Positions 8,723 through 18,191 of a DNA stretch of 55,946 nt are shown piece after piece. The notes under the pieces were generated by a model, which saw only the letters and a program-made list of their open reading frames with translations, did no database searches and was not told where the DNA came from. The stretch's first letter is position 1, and every line of letters starts with the position of its first letter. Origin of the DNA: Patescibacteria group bacterium UBA4664 (GTDB taxonomy: Bacteria > Patescibacteriota > Saccharimonadia > CAILAD01 > BJGX01); the NCBI GenBank assembly GCA_943354915.1, contig CALRDO010000001.1:1-55946 (forward strand), written 5' to 3'. Made by a program: the position numbers and the translations under genes.

Positions 8723-9925
8723 ATGCAAAATCAATTTTTATCAGCAATAGAGCAAATATGCGAAGAAAAAGGCATATCTAAAGATATGGTATTAGAGGCT
8801 ATTGAGGCCGCGTTAGTCGCAGCCTACAAGAAAGACTTCGGAGATAAAGAGCAGGCAGTACGAGCCGAATTAAATCCTGACAGCGGTGAGGCTAGCATTT
8901 TTATTACTAAGGAAGTCGTGCAGAGCATTGAAGATCCAATGACGCAATTATTACTAGCTGAGGCTAAGAAGTTAAAGAAAAACATAGTTCTTGGAGATAC
9001 TATTGAAATCAAAGAAGATAACAAAGAGTTCGGTAGAGTGGCCGCCCAAACAGCCAAGCAGGTTATTGTCCAGCGTATTCGTGAAGCCGAACGCGAAGTT
9101 ATCTTTAGTGAATTCAGCGATAAAGAAGGTTTGATTATCAATGCCAATGTTCAAAGGTTTGAAAATGGCAATGCCTTTATAGACCTAGGCAAGGCTACTG
9201 GGGTCATGTTCCCAAGCGATCAGATACCAAATGAAAAATATTATCCCGCCCAGCGGATTAAGGTTTTCGTGGTAAGAGTAGAGCAAACTAACAGGGGACC
9301 ACAGATTGTGGTGAGTAGAACGCATCCAGATATGGTTAGACGTCTCTTTGAGTTAGAGGTTCCTGAAATTGCCAACGGCAGCGTTGAAATAGCTGGCATA
9401 GCCCGCGAAGCAGGGGCTCGAACTAAAGTTGCTGTTAAGTCAAATGTCGAGGGCGTCGACCCAGTAGGTACATTTGTTGGCGGTAGGGGAACAAGAGTCC
9501 AGGCTGTTATGAGCGAATTGGGCGAAGAAAAAATCGACATCATTGCTTATAGCGAAGACCCTAAGGTGTATATTACTAATGCCTTGTCACCAACTAAGGT
9601 CATCAGCGTTAAATTAGATGATGACACCAAAAAAGCACTTGTTAAGGTCCCTGAGGACCAACTAAGTTTGGCTATTGGTAAGTCAGGACAAAATGTTCGG
9701 CTAGCCGCCAAACTAACAGGGTGGAATGTTGATATTGATGGCGCCGATGATGCTGGTATCGAATCGACTGCAAAAGAAGTAGAAACAACCCCTAAGCCCA
9801 AAAGAACCTCCGATATAGAAGATGCCATTATTGCAGCATCTAACCAGAATGGTATTGCTCCAGAACAAGTAGATGTTCCTACAGTACCTAAAAAAGCAAA
9901 GGATTCAAAAGCTACCAAAAAATAA
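8723..9925 (+). CDS. nusA: Transcription termination/antitermination factor NusA
   Basis: 400 aa with NusA N-terminal, S1 and tandem KH regions (e.g. [23 protein letters not shown]) and a low-complexity C-terminal tail. AGGAG lies at 8714-8718. Confidence 0.95.
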   Translation: MQNQFLSAIEQICEEKGISKDMVLEAIEAALVAAYKKDFGDKEQAVRAELNPDSGEASIFITKEVVQSIEDPMTQLLLAEAKKLKKNIVLGDTIEIKEDNKEFGRVAAQTAKQVIVQRIREAEREVIFSEFSDKEGLIINANVQRFENGNAFIDLGKATGVMFPSDQIPNEKYYPAQRIKVFVVRVEQTNRGPQIVVSRTHPDMVRRLFELEVPEIANGSVEIAGIAREAGARTKVAVKSNVEGVDPVGTFVGGRGTRVQAVMSELGEEKIDIIAYSEDPKVYITNALSPTKVISVKLDDDTKKALVKVPEDQLSLAIGKSGQNVRLAAKLTGWNVDIDGADDAGIESTAKEVETTPKPKRTSDIEDAIIAASNQNGIAPEQVDVPTVPKKAKDSKATKK

Positions 9926-9950
9926 ATAAACAGACATAAAAAATAAAATT

Positions 9951-9959
9951 TGCTAGAAT
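9951..9959 (+). promoter_or_regulatory. Possible extended -10 element (TGcTAGAAT) upstream of clpC
   Basis: tgctagaat at 9951-9959, 18 nt upstream of the clpC ATG. No convincing -35 was seen. Confidence 0.3.
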
Positions 9960-9977
9960 TAGAGAAGGGTAAGAATT

Positions 9978-12458
9978 ATGCAAGAAGATTTTTTAAAACA
10001 TTTCGATAGATTTACACAAAATGCTAAGAAAAGCTTAGAGAATGCTGGTCTAATGGCAATTAATATGGGCTCGAATTATATTGGTACCGAACATTTATTG
10101 CTTGGAATGCTTAAAGCTCAGGGGTCAATCGGAGCCCGCCTTTTATCTGATATGGGGGTAAGGATTGATAATGTGCCAGTATATGGTAATCATAATATCC
10201 AAACTTCTACCCCGTCAGGTGCTATTGAGCTTTCTGAAACAGCCAAGCAAACCATTACCTCTGCCCTGCGTATCGCCCAGCAGCATGGCCAACCCTATGC
10301 TGGCACCGAGCATTTGCTTTTTGCAATCTTGAGCCAAAAGAACTCTAGGGCCATTTCGATTATGAAGGATATGGATATTGACCCTATGGCAGTTAGGGGT
10401 GAACTCGAAAAATATTTGGATTCACAGCCATTCCAGGTCGAGGTTCCTGCCGGAGCATCGAACAAAGCTAGTTCAAAGCACACCAAAACCCCTGCCCTCG
10501 ACCACTTTGGTATCGATCTGACAGCCAAGGCACTAAAAGACTTACTAGACCCAGTGGTTGGCCGAGAAACCCAAATTGATAGAATGATCCAGATCCTTAA
10601 TAGACGTAGCAAGAATAACCCTGTCCTGATAGGCGAGCCAGGTGTTGGCAAGACAGCCATTGTAGAGGGTTTAGCTAAACGTATTGTTGACGAAAAGGTA
10701 CCAGAGATGTTGCAGGGCAAAAGGCTTATGATGCTTGATATGGCATCAGTTATCGCAGGTACTAAATTTAGAGGCGAATTCGAGGAAAGACTCAAAAAAA
10801 TTATTGATGAAGCAATTGCCTCGCCTAATATTATATTGTTTATAGATGAATTACATAATGTAGTCGGTGCTGGTAGTGCTGAAGGTGCAATTGATGCTGC
10901 TAATATCCTAAAACCTGCGTTATCTCGCGGCGAGGTTCAGACAATAGGCGCCACTACCCTAGATGAATACAGAAAATACATCGAAAAGGATGCCGCCCTG
11001 GAGCGTCGCTTCCAGCCAATTATTGTACCTGAAGCTACAGTTGAGGAAACCATTGAAGTTTTGAGGGGGCTGAGGCCGAGGTATGAGAAATTTCATAGCG
11101 TTAAGATTACCGATGAGGCAATTGAGGAGGCTGCTAAGCTTGCCAAGCGGTATATTACTGATAGATTTATGCCCGATAAGGCCATTGACCTAATCGATGA
11201 AGCGTCAGCCCAAGCTAGAATTCTCCATGCTAGTAGCGACGTTAAGGGTAAAGGATTATCCAAGCAGCTCGAAGCTAAGCTTGCCCAAATAGATGACGCT
11301 GTTTATAACCAAGATTTTGAGTTAGCCGCTAGGATGAAGTCAGAAGCAAGTATCATCGAGCAGAAACTTAATGTCTTAACAGCTAAAAATAAAGATAGTA
11401 TTAAAATTAAAGTTACAATTAGCGATATTACAAAGGTAGTTGCTCAATCGACTGGTATCCCGGTCGAAAAGCTTGCTGAATTCGAGATAGAAAGCCTCAA
11501 GAAATTAGAGGCAACAATTAGAGCTAAAATCATTGGCCAAGATAATGCTGTAGATGTAGTCGCAAAGTCTATCCGTAGAAGCCGTACTGGTATAGCCGAC
11601 CCTAAAAAGCCGATAGGTTCTTTTATGTTTTTAGGGCCAACTGGCGTTGGCAAAACTGAGTTAGCTAGAGTTCTGGCCGAGGAGCTATTTAACAATAAAG
11701 ACTCCATTATTAAAGTTGATATGAGCGAATTTATGGAAAAACACACCTTATCAAGATTAGTTGGCGCGCCGGCCGGGTATGTTGGCTACGAGGATGCTGG
11801 AGAACTTACTGAAAAAGTACGCCGTAAGCCCTATAGCTTGATTTTATTTGATGAAATCGAAAAAGCCCACCCAGATATATTCAACATTTTACTCCAGATT
11901 TTAGAAGATGGTGTACTGACTGATGCTAAAGGCAAGAAAGTTGATTTTAGTAATACAATTATTATTATGACAAGCAATGTCGGGGCTAATGTTTTGGCTA
12001 AGGAAGCAGAAATTGGTTTTGCTACAGGTACACCCAAAGAGCAATCTAAGCTCAATGAGCTTCATTTGCAAATGACGGAGAAAGTAATGACTGAGCTAAA
12101 AAAACAATTCCGACCTGAGTTTTTAAATCGCGTTGACCATATTGTGGTGTTTAAGGCCTTATCTAGAATTGATATTGCTAAAATAGCAGAATTACAGCTT
12201 AAAGATTTAGCCAGTAGGCTAGATGCGAAAGAAATTGTTCTTAAATTTAAACCAAATGTTAAGGCTTTGTTAGTTGAAAAGGGCTATGATATGAATAATG
12301 GCGCTCGTCCCATGAGGCGTGCCGTACAAAGGTTAATCGAGGATAGGTTAGCTACTGAAATTGTTGCTGAAATGATTAAGCCTGGCGATAGTGTTGAGAT
12401 TAGTGTTAAGAACGATGAGATAAATTTGGCTATTAAGGTCGGCGCCAGCATTAAATAA
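9978..12458 (+). CDS. clpC: ATP-dependent Clp protease ATP-binding subunit ClpC
   Basis: 826 aa with a duplicated Clp_N repeat, two AAA+ modules (GEPGVGKTA, GPTGVGKTE) and a UVR-like linker (FELAARMKSEA). Confidence 0.95.
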   Translation: MQEDFLKHFDRFTQNAKKSLENAGLMAINMGSNYIGTEHLLLGMLKAQGSIGARLLSDMGVRIDNVPVYGNHNIQTSTPSGAIELSETAKQTITSALRIAQQHGQPYAGTEHLLFAILSQKNSRAISIMKDMDIDPMAVRGELEKYLDSQPFQVEVPAGASNKASSKHTKTPALDHFGIDLTAKALKDLLDPVVGRETQIDRMIQILNRRSKNNPVLIGEPGVGKTAIVEGLAKRIVDEKVPEMLQGKRLMMLDMASVIAGTKFRGEFEERLKKIIDEAIASPNIILFIDELHNVVGAGSAEGAIDAANILKPALSRGEVQTIGATTLDEYRKYIEKDAALERRFQPIIVPEATVEETIEVLRGLRPRYEKFHSVKITDEAIEEAAKLAKRYITDRFMPDKAIDLIDEASAQARILHASSDVKGKGLSKQLEAKLAQIDDAVYNQDFELAARMKSEASIIEQKLNVLTAKNKDSIKIKVTISDITKVVAQSTGIPVEKLAEFEIESLKKLEATIRAKIIGQDNAVDVVAKSIRRSRTGIADPKKPIGSFMFLGPTGVGKTELARVLAEELFNNKDSIIKVDMSEFMEKHTLSRLVGAPAGYVGYEDAGELTEKVRRKPYSLILFDEIEKAHPDIFNILLQILEDGVLTDAKGKKVDFSNTIIIMTSNVGANVLAKEAEIGFATGTPKEQSKLNELHLQMTEKVMTELKKQFRPEFLNRVDHIVVFKALSRIDIAKIAELQLKDLASRLDAKEIVLKFKPNVKALLVEKGYDMNNGARPMRRAVQRLIEDRLATEIVAEMIKPGDSVEISVKNDEINLAIKVGASIK

Positions 12459-12461
12459 TCA

Positions 12462-12502
12462 TAAAAAATAAAAACCCCGCCTTGATCAAGCGGGGTGGTT
12501 TC
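12462..12502. terminator. Bidirectional intrinsic terminator between the convergent clpC and the small minus-strand ORF
   Basis: Hairpin ccccg(c)ctt-gatc-aagcgggg at 12475-12495. The A-run at 12462-12474 gives a strong U-tract on the minus-strand transcript. The plus-strand tail (tggtttc) is weaker. Confidence 0.7.
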
Positions 12503-12516
12503 TAGAAATATTACCT

Positions 12517-12780
12517 CTAGTTGGTCACTTTGTAGTTGACTGAAATAGTGGTAGGTAGGTATTTCCGTAGAAACTCCACTATGTCAGTAGCCATTTCTAG
12601 TATCTCACCCTTAGAGCCTTCAACTACAACGATTAGCTCTGCTTTTTTCGCTGGTATACTCATTTGTGCCTCCATTTGTGCCTCCCTAGGTACACTCGAT
12701 TGCTTATTGTACAATAAATTAATTGCTACGTCAACTACTAAATTTGCCATAATGTTATTCGCTATTTGTTCGTATAACAT
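12517..12780 (-). CDS. Hypothetical small protein (87 aa as drawn; possibly 52 or 48 aa from internal SD-ATG sites)
   Basis: Minus-strand ORF with a well-oriented terminator downstream. Internal starts M36 and M40 are each preceded by GGAGG plus 5 nt. No recognisable family. The overlapping plus-strand ORF 12536-12784 looks like low-complexity shadow. Confidence 0.45.
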   Translation of the reverse strand: MLYEQIANNIMANLVVDVAINLLYNKQSSVPREAQMEAQMSIPAKKAELIVVVEGSKGEILEMATDIVEFLRKYLPTTISVNYKVTN

Positions 12781-12794
12781 TTAGAGTGTATAAT
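12766..12794 (+). promoter_or_regulatory. Putative radA promoter (TTGTTC-17-TATAAT)
   Basis: TTGTTC at 12766-12771 and TATAAT at 12789-12794 preceded by tg. The ATG at 12801 is only 6 nt downstream and has no SD. Confidence 0.4.
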
Positions 12795-12800
12795 TTAAAG

Positions 12801-14129
12801 ATGCCTAAATCAAATGTTAAATTTAGTTGTCAGAATTGTAACGCCAATACCACTAAGTGGAGTGGTAAATGCATGCAATGTGGCGCCTGGGATAGTCTGC
12901 TAGAGGCTGTTACGATTGGCTTCACAAAGCAGACTAGACTATCTGGTCCGACAACAAAACCTGATAAATTTCATGAAATAGAGTCTTCTTGCGCGAGCCG
13001 TATGAGTACTGGCAACCTTGAAGTTGATTCGGTACTAGGAGGTGGGATAGTCCCGGGGAGTTTAATATTATTAGCTGGCGACCCAGGTATTGGTAAATCA
13101 ACGCTTGTCTTGCAGGTAGCTGCCGAGGTAGCACGAAAGCATAAAGTTCTCTACGTCAGTGGGGAGGAATCAGCCGCGCAGGTCAAACTTAGGGGTGCTA
13201 GGCTGAAGGGTCTTAATACCGAATTTGAGTTTTTATCTTCTACCGATGTCGATGAAGTAATTGCGCATGCCCAGACAGGCAGATACCAGCTTGTGGTGGT
13301 AGATTCTATCCAGACGATGGTTAGCCAACATTTAAGCGGTTCGGCTGGCACCATTAGCCAGGTAACTAATAATACTAATAGTTTGGTGCAGTTAGCTAAG
13401 CGTACCAATACAGCCTTTATTGTTATCGGGCATGTTACCAAGGAAGGTAATGTTGCTGGCCCTAGGCTCATGGAGCATCTAGTGGACGCCGTACTTTATT
13501 TAGAGGGTGAGCGCTATGGTTTAATAAAATTATTGAGAAGTGTTAAGAATCGCTTTGGTGCTACCAATGAAGTAGGTATGCTAGAAATGACTGAAGGGGG
13601 CTTGAGTGCTGTTAGCAATCCATCGGAAGCTTTATTGCAAGAGCGTCAGGAACTGCCGGGCAGTATAGTTTTTGTTGGTATGGAAGGGACTCGACCTATC
13701 TTGGTAGAAGTACAGGCTCTGGTCAGCCCTAGTGTCTTTGGTTACCCCAAAAGGGTGGCCGATGGATTTGATATTAATAGACTAGGTTTATTGTGTGCTG
13801 TGATGCAAAAGCGCGGTGGGTTAAGCTTGAGTAGCCAAGATGTATATGTTAATATAGTGGGCGGGATTAAACTTTCCGAACCAGCAATTGACCTAGCAAT
13901 TATTTTGGCAATCGCCTCCGCCTCAAGCGGTAAAATTATCAAACCAAATACGGTTGTATTTGGAGAAGTGGGTTTAAGTGGTGAAGTTCGGTCTGTTAAT
14001 ATGCCCAACCTAAGGCTTCGTGAAGCTAGCAAACTAGGCTTTTTAAATGCCATAGTGCCGTCCAGTATCAATGGTAAAAATTATTTGGCTGTGGCAACAA
14101 TCACCGAAGCAATCAAATTATTAAAGTAG
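12801..14129 (+). CDS. radA: DNA repair protein RadA
   Basis: Contains a zinc ribbon (CQNCNANTTKWSGKCMQCGAW), Walker A (GDPGIGKST), the KNRFG motif and a Lon-like C-terminal domain. The start was moved from GTG 12786 to ATG 12801 (MPKSNVKFSC), matching usual RadA N-termini. Confidence 0.93.
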   Translation: MPKSNVKFSCQNCNANTTKWSGKCMQCGAWDSLLEAVTIGFTKQTRLSGPTTKPDKFHEIESSCASRMSTGNLEVDSVLGGGIVPGSLILLAGDPGIGKSTLVLQVAAEVARKHKVLYVSGEESAAQVKLRGARLKGLNTEFEFLSSTDVDEVIAHAQTGRYQLVVVDSIQTMVSQHLSGSAGTISQVTNNTNSLVQLAKRTNTAFIVIGHVTKEGNVAGPRLMEHLVDAVLYLEGERYGLIKLLRSVKNRFGATNEVGMLEMTEGGLSAVSNPSEALLQERQELPGSIVFVGMEGTRPILVEVQALVSPSVFGYPKRVADGFDINRLGLLCAVMQKRGGLSLSSQDVYVNIVGGIKLSEPAIDLAIILAIASASSGKIIKPNTVVFGEVGLSGEVRSVNMPNLRLREASKLGFLNAIVPSSINGKNYLAVATITEAIKLLK

Positions 14130-14141
14130 AGGAAATATATT

Positions 14142-15125
14142 ATGTTAGTCGTAGAAATTATTTTGGTAGTTGCTTTGGCTGTGTCTATTTTAGCCTACCG
14201 CCTGGCACAATTAAGCGCACAAAAGTTAATTCTAGTAGTCATAGGGGCACTACTTGGCAGCTTAATTGGTTCTTTATTGGCAATACCACTGTCTGCTCTG
14301 TCTGAACCCTACAAGCAGTATTTGCCGATTACTATAACAGTTGTCTTGTCAGTAGCACTGGCGGTGGTTTTTTATTCTAAACATGATTTTTTGGATAATC
14401 TGATACCTAAAAAAAGTGTTAAAAATTCAAAGCAAGACAAACTAAAACCCCTTAAAAATAATAAAGGTGATTCTAGGATATTAGTTGATACTTCTGCAAT
14501 TATTGATGGTAGAATCGGTGATATTGTAGCTAGCGGATTTATTCCAGGAGCATTAATAGTGCCAAGATTTGTCTTGGCAGAACTCCAAAATATTGCCGAT
14601 AGTGAGGACCCCCTGCGCAGAGGGCGAGGCCGTAGAGGTTTAGAAATTTTAAATGAGCTAAGGCTTAATGATGGCCTGCAGTTAGAGATTATTGAAGATG
14701 ACCCAGTAGCTGTTAAGGAAGTTGATCATAAGCTAGTTTATTTAGCTAAAAAACACCGTGCCAGTATCCTAACTACAGACTATAATCTGAACCGAGTTGC
14801 TACAATTGAAGGAGTTAAAATACTCAATATTAATGAGCTTGCTAATGCTATTAGAGCAGTAGTTTTGCCGGGCGAGATTATGAGTGTTAATGTTGTGCAA
14901 GCCGGCAAAGAAAAAGGCCAAGGAGTAGGCTATTTACCAGACGGTACAATGATTGTAGTAGATGGTGGGGATAAGCTAATCGGCAAAGATGTAGAGTGTG
15001 AAGTTACTAGGATATTTCAAACAGTGGCTGGCAAGATGATTTTCGCTACTCCTAAAAATAGTAAACCTAAGATAGCAAAATCTAAAAAACCACATAGCTA
15101 TAATAGACATCAGAAAAAAACATAG
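14142..15125 (+). CDS. Membrane-anchored PIN/TRAM domain protein (YacL-like)
   Basis: N-terminal TM helices, a PIN-like region (ILVDTSAIIDGRI...VPRFVLAELQNIAD) and a C-terminal TRAM-like beta domain. It lies downstream of radA, as yacL does in Bacillus. Confidence 0.8.
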   Translation: MLVVEIILVVALAVSILAYRLAQLSAQKLILVVIGALLGSLIGSLLAIPLSALSEPYKQYLPITITVVLSVALAVVFYSKHDFLDNLIPKKSVKNSKQDKLKPLKNNKGDSRILVDTSAIIDGRIGDIVASGFIPGALIVPRFVLAELQNIADSEDPLRRGRGRRGLEILNELRLNDGLQLEIIEDDPVAVKEVDHKLVYLAKKHRASILTTDYNLNRVATIEGVKILNINELANAIRAVVLPGEIMSVNVVQAGKEKGQGVGYLPDGTMIVVDGGDKLIGKDVECEVTRIFQTVAGKMIFATPKNSKPKIAKSKKPHSYNRHQKKT

Positions 15126-15148
15126 CCAGTCAATAGTATTTAGCAACG

Positions 15149-17986
15149 CTAAGGGTAAATCGTTTGTGGGCCACCACCAGTATTGAGCCTGGCATAAAGA
15201 TTGGAACTACTACCAGAAACTCCATTCCAGCCGGTACCGGTCCAATTAGCTGGGGAGACCACTTGGGCCGAGCCAAACGGCGAACCACCCACGTGCAGTT
15301 GGACGCTAAATGCGCCTAGTGTGTAAGTAAAGTCACAAGTACTTCCCAAACAGCTTAAGTTTGCACCACCGACCCCTGTCGCGGTAACCGAGGCTGTATT
15401 GCTAGTCCCAGTATAGTAGCCCGAGTCTGTTACTACGGCACTAAAACTATGATTACCAGCCGATGGCGTAGCCGTAGCTGTAAAGCTTGGCCCAGCGCCA
15501 TATTTAGTAGTTAGCACACTACCATCCATATAAAACACGACATTGCTAATTGGGAATTTGCCCTGCGTGGTCGAGGCGGTAATAGTAAAAGTACTGCCAG
15601 TTGCCGGAGAGGTGCTAATTGAAACTACTGGCTGAGGGTCTCCACACTGATGCACATCATCTTTTTCAGATGGGATACTCCCGCCCTGCGTATATCCTAA
15701 TGCGCTAGCAAGAGCTTGAACAGGAGGGTTCCACCTAGAGTAGGAGGGATCAGTCGGGAGTACCTCGGCAGTTATAAGTGAGCCAGTAATCTCCTTTCTA
15801 GCACCAGCGGGGGTACAATCAGTTGCAAGTTTACCCGACACTATATCAATGGTGGCTTTCTGTGAATTTTTGGCTGGCTCTACGCGGTACCAGCTAGAGA
15901 AGATATCAGTTCTGGGTCTAGAGCCTTCAATCAGCGATTTACCAGTGTTGGCGTCGATGGTTTCTTGCTTAATGCCATTTGGCTTATCCCATTGCTCGTT
16001 AGGGTCATCTTTAGTCGCCTCCCGCATATATTGGTTCCAAATTGGGGCAGAAACAATACTAGCAGCTTGAGTCATCGGTGTATTATCATTATTGCCGGCC
16101 CAGACAACAGTGATAACTCGCTTGGTAAACCCAATAGTCCAGGCATCACGGTATTCTTCAGATGTACCAGTTTTAGAGGCTACAGTTTTACCGGGTAGTG
16201 TGAGGGGATTATTACAGCCGAATACGCCTAGGCTACAGCGTGCCGAGTTATCAGACATAATGCTATTTATCTGGTAGGCTATCTGGGGGTCTAAGACCTG
16301 TTTAGGTTTTTTATCATCTGTTTTGGTGTTGTCATCTATCACCTTCCCAGAGCCATCGGTAATTTTTAGCCAGTAGACTTGGTCGTGGTGCTGGCCATTG
16401 GTCGGGAAAGCCGAAAAAGCATTTGCCATATCCACCATTTTGACTTCACCAGCCCCTAGCGCCATACTCAAGCCATATTCATCTACGGGGTTATTGTAAG
16501 TTGTTATCCCCATATCTTTGGCGGTACCGATAAATTCTGGGATTCCACCTAGGTATAAGGCCTTAACAGCGGGGATATTAAGGGAGCTAGCTAGTGCAGT
16601 TCTGACTGACTGAACCCCATAGAATTGATTGGTATAATTCCTAGGCACATAGGCTGGTATACCTCCAAAATCAGTTTTGACATCATATAGCGTACTACCA
16701 GCCCCCCAATTTTTTTTGAATAAGTTGGCATAAACAATTGGCTTAATAGATGACCCCGGTTGCCTTAAGGCGACCGCTACATTAAAGCTACCAAAATCAG
16801 GGTCATTGGCGTCATAGCTACCAACCATTGATATGATTTGCCCATTATTAGGATCAGCTGAGACTAATGCTGCATTGCTACCGCCATAGTTTCTGACAGA
16901 GTTAATGTTTTTTGCAACGATTTCCTCGGCGAGCTTTTGTTTTGGCAGGTCAATAGTTGAAATTACTTTAAACCCGCCTTCATTAACTCTTTTAATGCCA
17001 TATTTTTCTTCCAATTTTTCCCTGACATATTGGACAAAGTGAGGAGCTTGAATATTGGCATAGGGATTGTAGGGCTTTAGCTGAGCAAGTACATCGACCG
17101 TTTTGGCCTCTTCGGCTGCCTCTTTCTTGAGATAGCCCTGTTGGACCATCAAGTCTAGCACACGATCCTTTTTATCTAGCAGGGCCTGTTTCTTTTGCCC
17201 GTAAGGAGAGTAGTAGGTGGGGGCCTGGGGAAGGCTGGCCAGCGTAACACACTGCGCTAAGCTTAAATCTTTTGCATCGACACCAAAGTATTGTTTAGAT
17301 GCAGCCTGAATGCCATAGGCGGTTGACCCATAGGGTATCTCATTAAGGTATAGTTTTAAAATATCATCCTTTTTATAGAGTTGTTCCATTTGGATTGATA
17401 AAATTAGTTCCTTAATTTTTCTAGTGAATGTTCTTTCATTTGTGAGTAGGGCATTCTTGACATACTGCTGGGTAATAGTTGAGCCACCACCTTTGCTGGG
17501 ATCTTTAAAAATTACTCCCGAGAAGGCTCTAGCAATACCGGCTGGGCTAAAGGCCCCCTGCTTATAAAAATTTTTATCTTCTAGGGCAACCGTGGCATCT
17601 TTAATGCATTGTGGCATTTGATTGAATTCGATGATGCTGCGGTTTTTATCACCATAAACTTCGATTAGTAGGTTCTCGCCGGTTCGGTCGTATATCTTGG
17701 TAGTTTGCGCGCTCACTCTAGAATTGATTTTATTAGGGCTTGGTAAATCTTTAGCAAACCATAAAAATAACGCAGCTATTAGTAGTACACCAATTGCCAT
17801 GCTGACACCATAAATTTTTAGGGCTTTTTTTGTAGTTAGGACCCTAATGATATTTTTATAATGAAACCTAGCAAGCCCTTTTGCTCGAGGGGTTACTGGG
17901 GATGATTTGCGCCTTCTAGCCGATGTAGAATGTCGGACTATTCTACGGGCCGAATTTGTTGACTTCTTAGTGCGTTTTTTTGCCAT
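15149..17986 (-). CDS. Class A penicillin-binding protein (glycosyltransferase + transpeptidase) with a C-terminal Ig-like extension
   Basis: 945 aa with a basic N-tail and TM anchor. GT51 motifs are EDKNFY, GGSTITQQ and RKIKE. Transpeptidase motifs are SSIKP, SLN and KTGT. The ~160-aa C-terminal extra region includes a Big-like domain. Confidence 0.92.
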   Translation of the reverse strand: MAKKRTKKSTNSARRIVRHSTSARRRKSSPVTPRAKGLARFHYKNIIRVLTTKKALKIYGVSMAIGVLLIAALFLWFAKDLPSPNKINSRVSAQTTKIYDRTGENLLIEVYGDKNRSIIEFNQMPQCIKDATVALEDKNFYKQGAFSPAGIARAFSGVIFKDPSKGGGSTITQQYVKNALLTNERTFTRKIKELILSIQMEQLYKKDDILKLYLNEIPYGSTAYGIQAASKQYFGVDAKDLSLAQCVTLASLPQAPTYYSPYGQKKQALLDKKDRVLDLMVQQGYLKKEAAEEAKTVDVLAQLKPYNPYANIQAPHFVQYVREKLEEKYGIKRVNEGGFKVISTIDLPKQKLAEEIVAKNINSVRNYGGSNAALVSADPNNGQIISMVGSYDANDPDFGSFNVAVALRQPGSSIKPIVYANLFKKNWGAGSTLYDVKTDFGGIPAYVPRNYTNQFYGVQSVRTALASSLNIPAVKALYLGGIPEFIGTAKDMGITTYNNPVDEYGLSMALGAGEVKMVDMANAFSAFPTNGQHHDQVYWLKITDGSGKVIDDNTKTDDKKPKQVLDPQIAYQINSIMSDNSARCSLGVFGCNNPLTLPGKTVASKTGTSEEYRDAWTIGFTKRVITVVWAGNNDNTPMTQAASIVSAPIWNQYMREATKDDPNEQWDKPNGIKQETIDANTGKSLIEGSRPRTDIFSSWYRVEPAKNSQKATIDIVSGKLATDCTPAGARKEITGSLITAEVLPTDPSYSRWNPPVQALASALGYTQGGSIPSEKDDVHQCGDPQPVVSISTSPATGSTFTITASTTQGKFPISNVVFYMDGSVLTTKYGAGPSFTATATPSAGNHSFSAVVTDSGYYTGTSNTASVTATGVGGANLSCLGSTCDFTYTLGAFSVQLHVGGSPFGSAQVVSPANWTGTGWNGVSGSSSNLYARLNTGGGPQTIYP

Positions 17987-18002
17987 GACTTTATTAAATT
18001 AA

Positions 18003-18011
18003 ATTATATCA
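18003..18011 (-). promoter_or_regulatory. Possible extended -10 (TGaTATAAT on the minus strand) for the PBP gene
   Basis: The reverse complement of 18003-18011 reads tgatataat, 16 nt upstream of the minus-strand ATG at 17986. Confidence 0.35.
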
Positions 18012-18063
18012 CGACTTGGTTAATAAATTATTCATAAGTATGATTACAATATAACGCTATTAT

Positions 18064-18072
18064 TGCTATAAT
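18064..18072 (+). promoter_or_regulatory. Possible extended -10 (TGcTATAAT) for the tyrS leader
   Basis: tgctataat at 18064-18072, about 120 nt upstream of the tyrS ATG. Confidence 0.4.
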
Positions 18073-18191
18073 GTGACAGATATGACTTTATTAATAACAA
18101 ATAAATTGAACTACTATGGCCTATATCCTAGGAGCTGATTTTTACTTCAGCCGCAAATTATTTTTTATTAATTAATTATTAGAGGAATAAT

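Noticed and set aside
12536-12784. 82-aa plus-strand ORF between clpC and radA
   Set aside because: Its translation is low-complexity and Ser/Ile/Cys-rich, with no SD and no terminator. The opposite-strand ORF has internal SD-ATG sites and a correctly oriented terminator.
17987-18191. T-box riboswitch upstream of tyrS
   Set aside because: The leader is only about 120 nt. I do not see the conserved T-box sequence or a specifier-loop/antiterminator architecture.
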